Assembly: GCA_964418865.1 (NCBI GenBank) | Contig: CAYQNT010000004.1 | Coordinates: 4,677 to 59,326, forward strand | DNA: 54,650 nt | Direction: 5' to 3' | Origin: an uncultured Rikenella sp. | GTDB taxonomy: Bacteria; Bacteroidota; Bacteroidia; Bacteroidales; VadinHA17 | Shown here: positions 44,596-53,590 of the stretch, one piece after another | Position numbering within the stretch: position 1 is the stretch's first letter | Layout of the letters: every line of letters begins with the position of its first letter | Position numbers and translations under genes: made by a program | The notes under the pieces: generated by a model | The model's input: the letters and a program-made list of their open reading frames with translations, nothing else | Databases searched by the model: none | Told to the model about the DNA's origin: nothing

Positions 44596-46332
44596 ATGAT
44601 GATGAAGAGACTGGCCATTGCTGCCGCATTTTTAGCCATCTATGCTACAGGCAGTACTCAGAGTATTGTGCCTGCAGAATGGAAGTTCATAACTGGAGAC
44701 AAGCCGGAGTACATTGACTCGGCACTGAATCATTACTGGTGGAATGATATTTCTCCCCTTACTGTGTGGGAGAGGCAGGGATACGGAGGCTATGACGGCT
44801 TTGCATGGTACAGGGTAAAAGTGGTCATCCCTGCCTCAATGAAAAAGAGCGCATACAGGTATGACGGGCTGGTTCTTAGCCTGGGAAAGATTGATGACAG
44901 TGATGTGACATACTTCAACGGTCACGAGATTGGCAGTACCGGACAGATGCCACCCGATTATTCCGGAGCCTATGATGTTCCGCGCTCATACAGGATACCT
45001 GCTGAATATGTTCAGTGGGGAAAAAAGAACACCGTTGCAGTAAGGGTTTATGACGCCGGCGGTGACGGCGGTCTGTATGGTGGTCCGGTTGAACTTACCA
45101 ACAGGGGCAATCCTGACCTGCTTTCCCTGAACGTTGAAATAGCGGAGCAGGATTTGATCTTTAAGGGATCGCCTGATGTTGATATCCCTGTCGTCCTGAA
45201 GAGTGAATTCAGAAAAGCCTACCGGGGGGCGCTTACCCTGAAGATAACCGCCGACGTTGGTGATGAGTTCGACAATCAATACCGGGAGGTGGCAGTTAAA
45301 AAGAAGAGTACAGGGCAGTTTCCTCTCAGGGTCAGTGGACTGAAGCCCGGTTTCTACAAAGCTGCCCTTGCCCTCGAAAGCAGGATGGGGAACAAGAAAT
45401 ACAATTTCAACTTCGGATATGAACCGGAAAAGATTGTATCTCCTGCTGACTACCTTCCCGACTTTGATAAATTCTGGCAGAGTGCTAAGGCAGAGCTTGC
45501 CACTGTTGATCCTCAGTACAAGATGATTCGCATAGACAGCCTCTGCACTGACAAGCATAATGTTTACCTGGTAGAAATGAGGTCACTGGGCAATGCCCTC
45601 ATCAGGGGGTGGTATCAGGTGCCTGTTAAACCCGGAGTTTATCCTGCCGTTATGCAGGTGCCGGGATACAGCTCAACCATTATGCCCGGCTATATTAATT
45701 ACGGAGATGACATAATCGGTTTCGGTCTTAATATCAGGGGGCACGGTAATAGTCGTGATGATGTCAACCCCGGCTTCCCAGGATATATCCTTACGAACCT
45801 TGATGACAAGGAGAAATATATCTATCGCGGTGCCTATATGGACTGTGTCAGGGGCATTGATTTCCTCAGCTCCCGGCCTGAGGTTGATGCATCGCGCATA
45901 GCTGTTGAAGGTGCCAGCCAGGGAGGTGCTCTCACCTTCGCTACCGCAGCTCTCTGCAATGACAGAATAGCTGTTTGCGCACCACAGGTCCCATTCCTTT
46001 CTGATTTCAGGGATTATTTCAGGGTAGCCGTCTGGCCCGGTAATGAGTTTAAAGATCTTGTTGAGGTACAGAAAAAGATGACCTGGGACCAGGTGTATAA
46101 CACACTAAGCTATTTTGATATCAAAAACCTGGCGCATATGATCAAGGCTCCGCTGATAATGGGAGCAGGGCTGATGGATGAAGTGTGTCCTCCGCATATC
46201 AATTTCGCGGCATACAATCTTGTGACGGCTGAGAAGAAATATATAGTCTATCCGCAAGCCGGACACGGACTCCCGGAAGACTTCTACCGGGCTAAGATGG
46301 AGTGGATAAGAACCAAATTCGGATTAGAGTAA
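44596..46332 (+). CDS. CE7-family acetyl esterase (acetylxylan esterase/cephalosporin-C deacetylase-like) with an N-terminal galactose-binding-like domain
   Basis: Signal peptide. N-terminal GH2-sugar-binding-like module (GFAWYRVKVVIP...VTYFNGHEIG). AXE1/CE7 core with the nucleophile motif GASQGG and a C-terminal YPQAGHGL histidine region. Confidence 0.8.
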   Translation: MMMKRLAIAAAFLAIYATGSTQSIVPAEWKFITGDKPEYIDSALNHYWWNDISPLTVWERQGYGGYDGFAWYRVKVVIPASMKKSAYRYDGLVLSLGKIDDSDVTYFNGHEIGSTGQMPPDYSGAYDVPRSYRIPAEYVQWGKKNTVAVRVYDAGGDGGLYGGPVELTNRGNPDLLSLNVEIAEQDLIFKGSPDVDIPVVLKSEFRKAYRGALTLKITADVGDEFDNQYREVAVKKKSTGQFPLRVSGLKPGFYKAALALESRMGNKKYNFNFGYEPEKIVSPADYLPDFDKFWQSAKAELATVDPQYKMIRIDSLCTDKHNVYLVEMRSLGNALIRGWYQVPVKPGVYPAVMQVPGYSSTIMPGYINYGDDIIGFGLNIRGHGNSRDDVNPGFPGYILTNLDDKEKYIYRGAYMDCVRGIDFLSSRPEVDASRIAVEGASQGGALTFATAALCNDRIAVCAPQVPFLSDFRDYFRVAVWPGNEFKDLVEVQKKMTWDQVYNTLSYFDIKNLAHMIKAPLIMGAGLMDEVCPPHINFAAYNLVTAEKKYIVYPQAGHGLPEDFYRAKMEWIRTKFGLE

Positions 46333-46333
46333 T

Positions 46334-48781
46334 ATGGAAGTTATAATGATGAAGAAGGAGCAATTTATCAATGCATTGACAGTACTGGCAGTAATCTTTA
46401 CCGTCGGGCTGGGGGCATGCTCACAGAAGGCGCCGCGTGAACGCATCAGCTTTAACGAAGGCTGGCGGTTCTCACTGACGGCGGGAGATGAAGCCAGTCA
46501 GACCGGTTTTGACGATAGCATATGGCGGCAGCTCGATCTGCCGCACGACTGGAGTATCGAAGGTGCTTTCAGCGACACCAACCGCGCCACACCGGGAGGA
46601 GGAGCCCTGCCCGGCGGCATTGGGTGGTACCGCAAATCATTCATGATCAGCCAGCCCGATAAAGACCGTATGGTCTATATCGAATTTGACGGCGTTTATA
46701 TGAACAGTGAGGTCTGGATAAACGGCAGCTATCTGGGCAAATGGCCCTACGGCTACAGCTCCTTCAGGTATGACATTACCCCTTACCTTACCTACGGCGA
46801 CCAGGGGAATATCATCGCAGTAAAGGTTGACAACTCTCTCCAGCCCAACTCAAGGTGGTACTCCGGATCAGGTATCTATCGTAACGTATGGCTTGTCAAA
46901 ACAGACCGGATTGCCATTGATCATTGGGGTACATTTATTACAACACCCGAAATAAGCGCTACAGAAGCCATGCTGAGGGTTAATGCTTCTGTCCGGAATA
47001 GCACGGATGCCAGTGCGGAGATAAGAGTGAAAACCACTGTTTACGATAAGAAAGAGAAGAGGGTAGCCATGGCAACTACTGATGCCGTCACTCTTACGGA
47101 GCCGGTCACAGCCGTGACGCAGGAGATGAGGGTGAAGCGTCCGGTGCTGTGGTCCGTAGATCAGCCATATCTCTACCGGGTGGTGACAGAGGTCTTCACC
47201 GCCGGCAGGCTTACTGACAGGTACGAGACAATGGCGGGCATACGCTCTTTTAGTTTTGACGGTGACAAGGGTTTTCTTCTTAACGGAGATCAGGTTAAGA
47301 TCAAGGGTGTGTGCAACCACCATGATCTCGGCTGCCTTGGTGCCGCTGTTAATACTCGCGCCATTGAGAGACAGCTGGAGATACTAAAGGAGATGGGATG
47401 CAACGCTATACGCACATCACACAATCCGCCTGCACCTGAGCTGCTTGATCTGTGTGACCGCATGGGATTCATAGTGATGGATGAGGCCTTTGATACATGG
47501 AAGGTGAAGAAGACCGATTATGACTATCATCTTGATTTTGACGGTTGGCACAGGAGAGATCTTGAGGCTATGGTTCTTCGCGACCGCAATCATCCTTCAG
47601 TATTTATCTGGAGCATTGGCAACGAGGTGATGGAGCAGTGGCAGAGAGACGGCAGCGGTGAAGTCATTGCCACCGAACTGGCAGGCATCGTCAGAGCCCT
47701 GGATGATACAAGGCCTGTCACCTCAGGCTGTAATGACCCCACTCCTCAGAATCCTGTTATAGCCTCCGGCGCGCTTGATCTGGTGGGGTTTAACTATCAT
47801 GATACACTCTGGACCCTCTTGCCCTCAGCTTTTCCGGACGGGAAATTCATCGGGACGGAGACAACCTCGGCACTTGCCACACGAGGCAGCTATGATATGC
47901 CCTCTGATATAGTCCGCCGCTGGCCCGTGAGGTGGGACCAGCCCTTCATGACTGGTAATGCTGACCTTACATGCTCGTCATATGACAACTGCTCAACACC
48001 GTGGGGTACAACACACCGCGACTCGTGGAGGCTCATAAGGGACAATGACTTCCTTTCCGGTATGTTCATCTGGACCGGATTCGATTATCTTGGCGAACCG
48101 ACACCGTACTGGTGGCCTGCAAGGAGCTCATATTTCGGGATCATTGATCTTGCCGGATTTCCCAAAGATGTATATTACATGTATCAGAGTGAATGGACAG
48201 ATAAGCCTGTGCTGCATATCTTCCCGCACTGGAACTGGACTCCCGGCCAGACAGTTGATGTATGGGCCTACACAAACTGCGACGAGGTTGAGCTTTTCAT
48301 TAACGGCGCTTCACAGGGGAAGAAGTTGAGGAGTGAACAGGATATGAACATGGTCTGGAGAGTACAGTATGAAGAGGGAACACTGTTGGGGATCGGGTAT
48401 AAAGAGGGCCATGAGATCATGAGGCAGGAGATAAAGACCGCCGGCGAGCCTGCTGCACTGGCTCTTGCTGCTGACAGATCAGAGATCAGGGCCAACAGGT
48501 CAGACCTCTCATTCATAACAGTTACCGTGGTGGATAAGGATGATAATCCTGTACCTCATGCTGGCAATATGGTCAGCTTCTCGCTTGATGGCCCGGCTTC
48601 AATAGCCGGTGTTGACAATGGCCTTCAGACAAGCATGGAACCGTTCAAGGCTGATTACCGCAGGGCATTCAACGGAAAATGTCTGCTGGTGGTGCAGGCA
48701 GGCAAAGAGAGCGGGGCGGTTACTGTGACAGCTTCATCAGCGGGTCTCCCGGATGAGTCGCTTAACATAATAATCAGATAA
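46334..48781 (+). CDS. GH2 family glycosidase (beta-galactosidase-type architecture)
   Basis: Lipobox GLGAC. ISFNEGWRF...DLPHDWSIEG N-terminal module, TIM barrel with NAIRTSHNPP, acid/base WSIGNE, and nucleophile region FIWTGFDYLGEP. 815 aa. Confidence 0.85.
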   Translation: MEVIMMKKEQFINALTVLAVIFTVGLGACSQKAPRERISFNEGWRFSLTAGDEASQTGFDDSIWRQLDLPHDWSIEGAFSDTNRATPGGGALPGGIGWYRKSFMISQPDKDRMVYIEFDGVYMNSEVWINGSYLGKWPYGYSSFRYDITPYLTYGDQGNIIAVKVDNSLQPNSRWYSGSGIYRNVWLVKTDRIAIDHWGTFITTPEISATEAMLRVNASVRNSTDASAEIRVKTTVYDKKEKRVAMATTDAVTLTEPVTAVTQEMRVKRPVLWSVDQPYLYRVVTEVFTAGRLTDRYETMAGIRSFSFDGDKGFLLNGDQVKIKGVCNHHDLGCLGAAVNTRAIERQLEILKEMGCNAIRTSHNPPAPELLDLCDRMGFIVMDEAFDTWKVKKTDYDYHLDFDGWHRRDLEAMVLRDRNHPSVFIWSIGNEVMEQWQRDGSGEVIATELAGIVRALDDTRPVTSGCNDPTPQNPVIASGALDLVGFNYHDTLWTLLPSAFPDGKFIGTETTSALATRGSYDMPSDIVRRWPVRWDQPFMTGNADLTCSSYDNCSTPWGTTHRDSWRLIRDNDFLSGMFIWTGFDYLGEPTPYWWPARSSYFGIIDLAGFPKDVYYMYQSEWTDKPVLHIFPHWNWTPGQTVDVWAYTNCDEVELFINGASQGKKLRSEQDMNMVWRVQYEEGTLLGIGYKEGHEIMRQEIKTAGEPAALALAADRSEIRANRSDLSFITVTVVDKDDNPVPHAGNMVSFSLDGPASIAGVDNGLQTSMEPFKADYRRAFNGKCLLVVQAGKESGAVTVTASSAGLPDESLNIIIR

Positions 48782-49655
48782 AGACCCTTGTTCCCTCGTC
48801 ATAGCTCTCCCTGAGCTCACGCGGGGTAGATCCCTTCTTCCTGCGGAAGATGCGGTTGAAGTTGGAGATGTTGTTAAAGCCGCATGAGTATGCTATCTCC
48901 GCTATTGTACTGGTGGTGGAGATGAGCATACGCGAGGCGTGTCCCAGACGTACCTCAGTGACACAGTCAATAAATGTCATACCGGTCCTCAGCCTGAAGA
49001 AACGGCTGAATGCTGATTCCGTCATATTTGCTATTCTGGCAGCCTCACCCAGGGTAATATGCTTGTCAAATGATGTGTGAATAAGCTCCATCACTTTCTC
49101 AATACGTCTGCTGTTGTAGGAGAACACTTCGCTGTCACTGAACCCCGAGTCAGAAAGTATGCGATAATCCCTGGAGATGGAAAGGTCATGGAGGATGCTC
49201 ATCAGTTCAAGCACGGAATCAAAACCCTGTTTTTTCCCAAGGCCCACAATGCGTGGTTCAAGACGTGCTGTGGCCTCATGGGCAAAGAGAATGCCCCTCA
49301 GCGACCTGCGCAGCATATTCTGTATGAAGTGTAACTGATTCTTCTGAAGGAACTTTTCATCAAAAAAATCCTTGTGGAACTGTATGGTGACCTCCTCAAC
49401 CTGATTTTTGGCAAAGCCGGTGCCAAACCATCCGTGTGGCAACCCCGGGCCCACCAGGGCAAGCTCAAGTTCACCTATCTCCTCAACATGATCACCGATA
49501 ATACGTTTCGCCCCGCGGCCATTCCTGATGAAATTAAGTTCTATCTCATCATGATAGTGGAGGGGAAAGTCAAATTCAGATTTTGCCCTGTAAAAATAGG
49601 TGAAGCAATCTGACTGTGTAAGAGGTGTTATCTCCCTGAGGATAGTATCATGCAT
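48774..49655 (-). CDS. AraC-family transcriptional regulator (N-terminal cupin sensor plus C-terminal dual HTH)
   Basis: Cupin-like FPLHYHDEIELNFIRNGRG...GPGLPHGW. The C-terminal ...LGEAARIANMTESAFSRFFRLRTGMTFIDCVTEVRLGHASRML...IAEIAYSCGFNNISNFNRIFRRKKGSTPREL is the AraC HTH signature. Convergent with GH2, with an 8-nt overlap. Confidence 0.9.
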   Translation of the reverse strand: MHDTILREITPLTQSDCFTYFYRAKSEFDFPLHYHDEIELNFIRNGRGAKRIIGDHVEEIGELELALVGPGLPHGWFGTGFAKNQVEEVTIQFHKDFFDEKFLQKNQLHFIQNMLRRSLRGILFAHEATARLEPRIVGLGKKQGFDSVLELMSILHDLSISRDYRILSDSGFSDSEVFSYNSRRIEKVMELIHTSFDKHITLGEAARIANMTESAFSRFFRLRTGMTFIDCVTEVRLGHASRMLISTTSTIAEIAYSCGFNNISNFNRIFRRKKGSTPRELRESYDEGTRVFI

Positions 49656-49683
49656 GTTATCTTCCTCCTTTTTGTGAGTATTA

Positions 49684-49691
49684 CAAAGGTA
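49684..49691 (-). promoter_or_regulatory. Candidate -7 box (TACCTTTG on the minus strand) for the AraC gene
   Basis: Plus strand reads CAAAGGTA, 29 nt upstream of the ATG at 49655. It is the same octamer as the candidate box at 29769-29776. Confidence 0.3.
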
Positions 49692-49920
49692 CTAATCAGT
49701 TGTATAAATCATATATTATTTATGTCATTTTGAGTCAATGTTAAGTGACATACAGTCAACGCGATAAAGACTGCTGTGAGTTTTGGGCGTGCGAGATGCA
49801 ATGATCAGGGTCAAAATAGTATTACGAAATCGGTTATGATATGCCAGGTTAATTGAGATCATGGCATTAAAGTATCATGAATTAAAAGAATGATATTATG
49901 TCTCTGCAGGGGTAATTGAT

Positions 49921-49928
49921 TAATTTTG
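49921..49928 (+). promoter_or_regulatory. Candidate -7 box TAATTTTG for the GH5-GH26-GH130-epimerase operon
   Basis: Exact TAnnTTTG match. It overlaps the TTG start proposed by the ORF track (49926), so the real start is probably the ATG at 49950. Confidence 0.35.
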
Positions 49929-49949
49929 ATAATGATCGTAAAAGGCCTA

Positions 49950-51254
49950 ATGATGAGACAGGTATTGGCTGGGCTGGTTTTGACAATAGCCCTGGCAGGT
50001 TGCGGTGGCAGCCGGGAGTATGATTATGTAACAGTTGAAAACGGTATTTTCCGGCTCTCCGGTAAGCCCTACTATTTCATCGGGGTCAATTACTGGTACG
50101 GGGCTATACTGGGTAGCCAGGGAGAATATGGAGACAGAGAGCGCCTTATCAGGGAGCTGGATCACATGAAGAGCATGGGCATAAATAACCTGAGGGTGCT
50201 GGTGGGAGCGGAAGGGCCTGATAACCAGCCATTCAGGGTTACCCCTGCGTTGCAGCTCTCTCCGGGTGAGTACAGTGAGGATCAGCTCGACGGTCTTGAC
50301 TTTCTGTTGTCAGAGATGAAGAAGAGAGATCAGTATGCCATCCTTTACCTGAACAATGCATGGGACTGGAGCGGCGGATACTCTCAGTACCTCGACTGGA
50401 ATGGTTTCGGACCAATTCCCAATCCTAATATTTCGGCATACACATGGCCTCAGTTCATGAGCTTCTCAGGCCGGTTCAACGGATGCGAGCCCTGTATTGA
50501 AATGTTTGAGAAGCATATACGTTTCATTCTGGGTCGTACGAACAAATACACAGGATTGAGTTACACTGAGGATCCTGTGATCATGACCTGGGAGGTTGCC
50601 AATGAGCCGAGGGCTTTCGCGGATGAAAACATTCCGGCCTTTAAGGCCATGATCAGTCGGATAGCAGCACTCTTAAAAGAGCTTGATGCCAATCACCTGG
50701 TTACAACAGGCTCTGAAGGTCAGTTTGGCTGTGAAAATTCAATGGAACTCTTTGAAAGTATCCATGCTGATCCTAATATCGATTATCTGGTTATGCATAT
50801 CTGGCCGAAGAACTGGGGGTGGCTTGACATAACGGATATCCCCGGTAGCCTGGCTGTAGCCATAGAAAAGACTAACGACTATATGGATGATCATCTTGAG
50901 GTAGCCGGCAGACTGGGGAAACCGATTGTTCTTGAGGAGTTCGGGCTGCCGCGTGACCATCATGGCTTCTCACTTGACGAGCCGACGGCTTGCCGTGATG
51001 CGTACTATATAAATGCATTCAGCCGTATACTTGGCGACGCAGAGACAGGCGGGCCGCTTGCCGGATGCAACATATGGACATATTCGGGAGAGGGGCGTGC
51101 GGGTCAGGGACATATCTACTGGCAGAAGGGTGATGACTACCTGGGCGATCCGCCACAGGAGGAACAGGGCCTTAACTCGGTATTCAATACTGACACCACT
51201 GTTGAAATTATCTCCGGCTTTAACCGGAGCATTACCAATATCCTGAAAAAATAA
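49950..51254 (+). CDS. GH5 endo-beta-1,4-mannanase-like lipoprotein
   Basis: Lipobox LALAGC. GINNLRVLVGAEGP, NNAWDWSGGYSQYLDW, acid/base WEVANEPR and nucleophile VLEEFGL resemble GH5 (subfamily 7-type) mannanases. The ORF track start 49926 (TTG) is rejected in favour of the in-frame ATG at 49950. Confidence 0.75.
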   Translation: MMRQVLAGLVLTIALAGCGGSREYDYVTVENGIFRLSGKPYYFIGVNYWYGAILGSQGEYGDRERLIRELDHMKSMGINNLRVLVGAEGPDNQPFRVTPALQLSPGEYSEDQLDGLDFLLSEMKKRDQYAILYLNNAWDWSGGYSQYLDWNGFGPIPNPNISAYTWPQFMSFSGRFNGCEPCIEMFEKHIRFILGRTNKYTGLSYTEDPVIMTWEVANEPRAFADENIPAFKAMISRIAALLKELDANHLVTTGSEGQFGCENSMELFESIHADPNIDYLVMHIWPKNWGWLDITDIPGSLAVAIEKTNDYMDDHLEVAGRLGKPIVLEEFGLPRDHHGFSLDEPTACRDAYYINAFSRILGDAETGGPLAGCNIWTYSGEGRAGQGHIYWQKGDDYLGDPPQEEQGLNSVFNTDTTVEIISGFNRSITNILKK

Positions 51255-51261
51255 CTTTCTA

Positions 51262-52386
51262 ATGAAAACGCCTATAGTACTGGTTTTAGCCTTGATAATG
51301 ATGACAGGCTGCAACCATCCACAGAAAAAGAATCATGGTGCCGCCGACCCCAATGCCACGGCTGAAACGGTGAAGATGCTTGCCGGACTGAAGGTCGCAG
51401 CGGAAAAGGGTATCATGTTCGGTCACCAGGATGACCTCTCCTACGGTATCGGATGGGTCTCTCCTAACGGTGAATCGGACGTAAAACGGGTTACCACGGA
51501 TTATCCTGCCGTATACGGGATGGATCTCGGCGATATTGAGCACCGGGCAGAGGTGAACCTTGATTCAGTACCGTTCAGTGACATGAAGACATTTGCACGG
51601 GAAATATGGGCCCGCGGCGGAGTGATTACATTCAGCTGGCACGTTGATAACCCTCTAACCGGCGGTACGGCATGGGATATCTCGTCCGACAAGGTTGTGG
51701 CCTCGGTCCTTCCCGGCGGTGAAAGAAATGATTTATTCAAAGAGTGGCTTGATAATCTGGCAGAGTACCTCGGATCACTAGTTGATGACAAAGGTGTGGC
51801 CATCCCGGTAATCTTCCGTCCTTATCATGAGCATACCGGCAGCTGGTTCTGGTGGGGACAGAACCTATGTACAGATGAAGAGTTTGTCTCACTGTGGAAG
51901 TATACATTTAACTATCTCTGCGGTGAAAAGAACCTGCACAACCTGCTGTTTGCATATTCAAGTGCCGGTGATATAACCGACAGTGAGCAGTACCTTGAGC
52001 GTTACCCAGGTGATGAGTTCGTCGATCTGGTAGGCTTCGACTACTATGAGATGCCCGTAGCAGGCAACCAATCTTTCACTGATGCTGTCAGCAGGGTTCT
52101 TGACATTGTGACCGAAGTCGCCACGGAGCATGGAAAGCTTGCAGCGCTGACGGAAGCTGGATATGAAGGCATACCTGACTCAACATGGTGGACCGGCACG
52201 CTGTGGCCGGCCGTTAAAGATCACCGGATATCATATCTGCTTGTATGGCGCAATGCGCATAATAAGCCGGGCCACTTCTATGCACCATATCCGGGTCAGA
52301 TGAGCGAAAATGATTTCATCAACTTTTATAATATGCCTGCAACATTATTCCAGTCTGATATCACCAGCCTGAATATTTATAAATAA
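51262..52386 (+). CDS. GH26 beta-mannanase lipoprotein
   Basis: Lipobox MMTGC. GH26 motifs [34 protein letters not shown] and LTEAG (nucleophile region). Confidence 0.85.
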   Translation: MKTPIVLVLALIMMTGCNHPQKKNHGAADPNATAETVKMLAGLKVAAEKGIMFGHQDDLSYGIGWVSPNGESDVKRVTTDYPAVYGMDLGDIEHRAEVNLDSVPFSDMKTFAREIWARGGVITFSWHVDNPLTGGTAWDISSDKVVASVLPGGERNDLFKEWLDNLAEYLGSLVDDKGVAIPVIFRPYHEHTGSWFWWGQNLCTDEEFVSLWKYTFNYLCGEKNLHNLLFAYSSAGDITDSEQYLERYPGDEFVDLVGFDYYEMPVAGNQSFTDAVSRVLDIVTEVATEHGKLAALTEAGYEGIPDSTWWTGTLWPAVKDHRISYLLVWRNAHNKPGHFYAPYPGQMSENDFINFYNMPATLFQSDITSLNIYK

Positions 52387-52405
52387 GGAAACCGCATTAA
52401 GTACC

Positions 52406-53590
52406 ATGGATAATTTTAGCCTTCGCCTGGCGAAGATAAGAGAGGAGCACGAGGCTCTCCTAACACGTCGTAATAAAAAGATTGAGCCGGGGAACGGCAT
52501 TTTTGAAAGGTATGCATATCCTGTGCTTACCGGTGCTCATGCACCGCTGGCATGGCGTTATGATCTCAATCCGGCCACCAATCCGTATCTCATGGAGCGC
52601 TTTGGCATCAATGCGGCATTCAACGCCGGCGCCATGAAGTTCGAAGGGAAGTACATTCTGGCCGTCAGGGTTGAGGGGCTTGACCGTAAGTCGTTCTTCG
52701 CGATAGCCGAAAGTCCGAATGGCATTGACAACTTTTCTTTCAGGGAATATCCGGTCACCCTGCCGGAGACATCGGATCCTGATATCAACGTCTATGATAT
52801 GAGGCTGACAAGGCATGAGGACGGCTGGATCTATGGTGTATTCTGTACTGAAAGAAAAGATCCGAAGGCTCCTGCCGGCGATCTCTCCTCTGCTGTTGCA
52901 GCCGCAGGGATAGCACGCACGCATGACCTTGTGAGCTGGGAGCGGCTGCCTGACCTGGTCTCAGCCAGCCAGCAGCGCAACGTGGTGCTTCACCCTGAAT
53001 TTGTAGATGGCAGGTATGCGTTCTATACGCGGCCGCAGGACGGCTTCATTGATGCCGGCAGCGGTGGCGGCATAGGATGGGCGCTGGTGAAGGAGATCAC
53101 CCGGGCGGTGATAGAGCCAGGAGCAGAGAAGATCATCAACCTGCGTCACTATCACACCATTAAAGAGCTGAAGAACGGAGAGGGCCCGCATCCCCTGAAG
53201 ACGCCTGAAGGCTGGCTCCATCTGGCACACGGCGTGAGGGGGTGCGCAGCAGGATTGAGATATGTCCTCTATGTTTATATGACTGCCCTTGATGACCCGA
53301 CGCGGGTGATAGCTGAGCCGGGTGGTTATTTCATGGCTCCGGTTGCTGAGGAACGCATCGGCGACGTATCCAACGTGCTCTTCTCCAACGGCTGGATAGC
53401 AGATGAAGACGGCACTCTGTTTATTTACTATGCATCGTCTGACACCCGAATGCACGTGGCGGTATCATCCCTTGACAGACTGACAGATTACTGTCTTAAT
53501 ACACCTGCTGACGGATTTCGCTCTGCAGCATCTGTAAAGACATTGAACGGGATAATAACCCGTAACAGGGATTATATGGCAGGGAAATGA
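52406..53590 (+). CDS. GH130 4-O-beta-D-mannosyl-D-glucose phosphorylase
   Basis: 394 aa, colinear and highly similar by eye to Bacteroides fragilis BF0772 MGP (ITRYRYPVLT..., [98 protein letters not shown]). No signal peptide. Confidence 0.92.
   Translation: MDNFSLRLAKIREEHEALLTRRNKKIEPGNGIFERYAYPVLTGAHAPLAWRYDLNPATNPYLMERFGINAAFNAGAMKFEGKYILAVRVEGLDRKSFFAIAESPNGIDNFSFREYPVTLPETSDPDINVYDMRLTRHEDGWIYGVFCTERKDPKAPAGDLSSAVAAAGIARTHDLVSWERLPDLVSASQQRNVVLHPEFVDGRYAFYTRPQDGFIDAGSGGGIGWALVKEITRAVIEPGAEKIINLRHYHTIKELKNGEGPHPLKTPEGWLHLAHGVRGCAAGLRYVLYVYMTALDDPTRVIAEPGGYFMAPVAEERIGDVSNVLFSNGWIADEDGTLFIYYASSDTRMHVAVSSLDRLTDYCLNTPADGFRSAASVKTLNGIITRNRDYMAGK

Noticed and set aside
49926-49949. TTG start codon proposed by the ORF track for the GH5 gene
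   Set aside because: A perfect TAATTTTG -7 box overlaps this codon, so transcription probably starts downstream of it. The in-frame ATG at 49950 immediately precedes a normal lipoprotein signal peptide.
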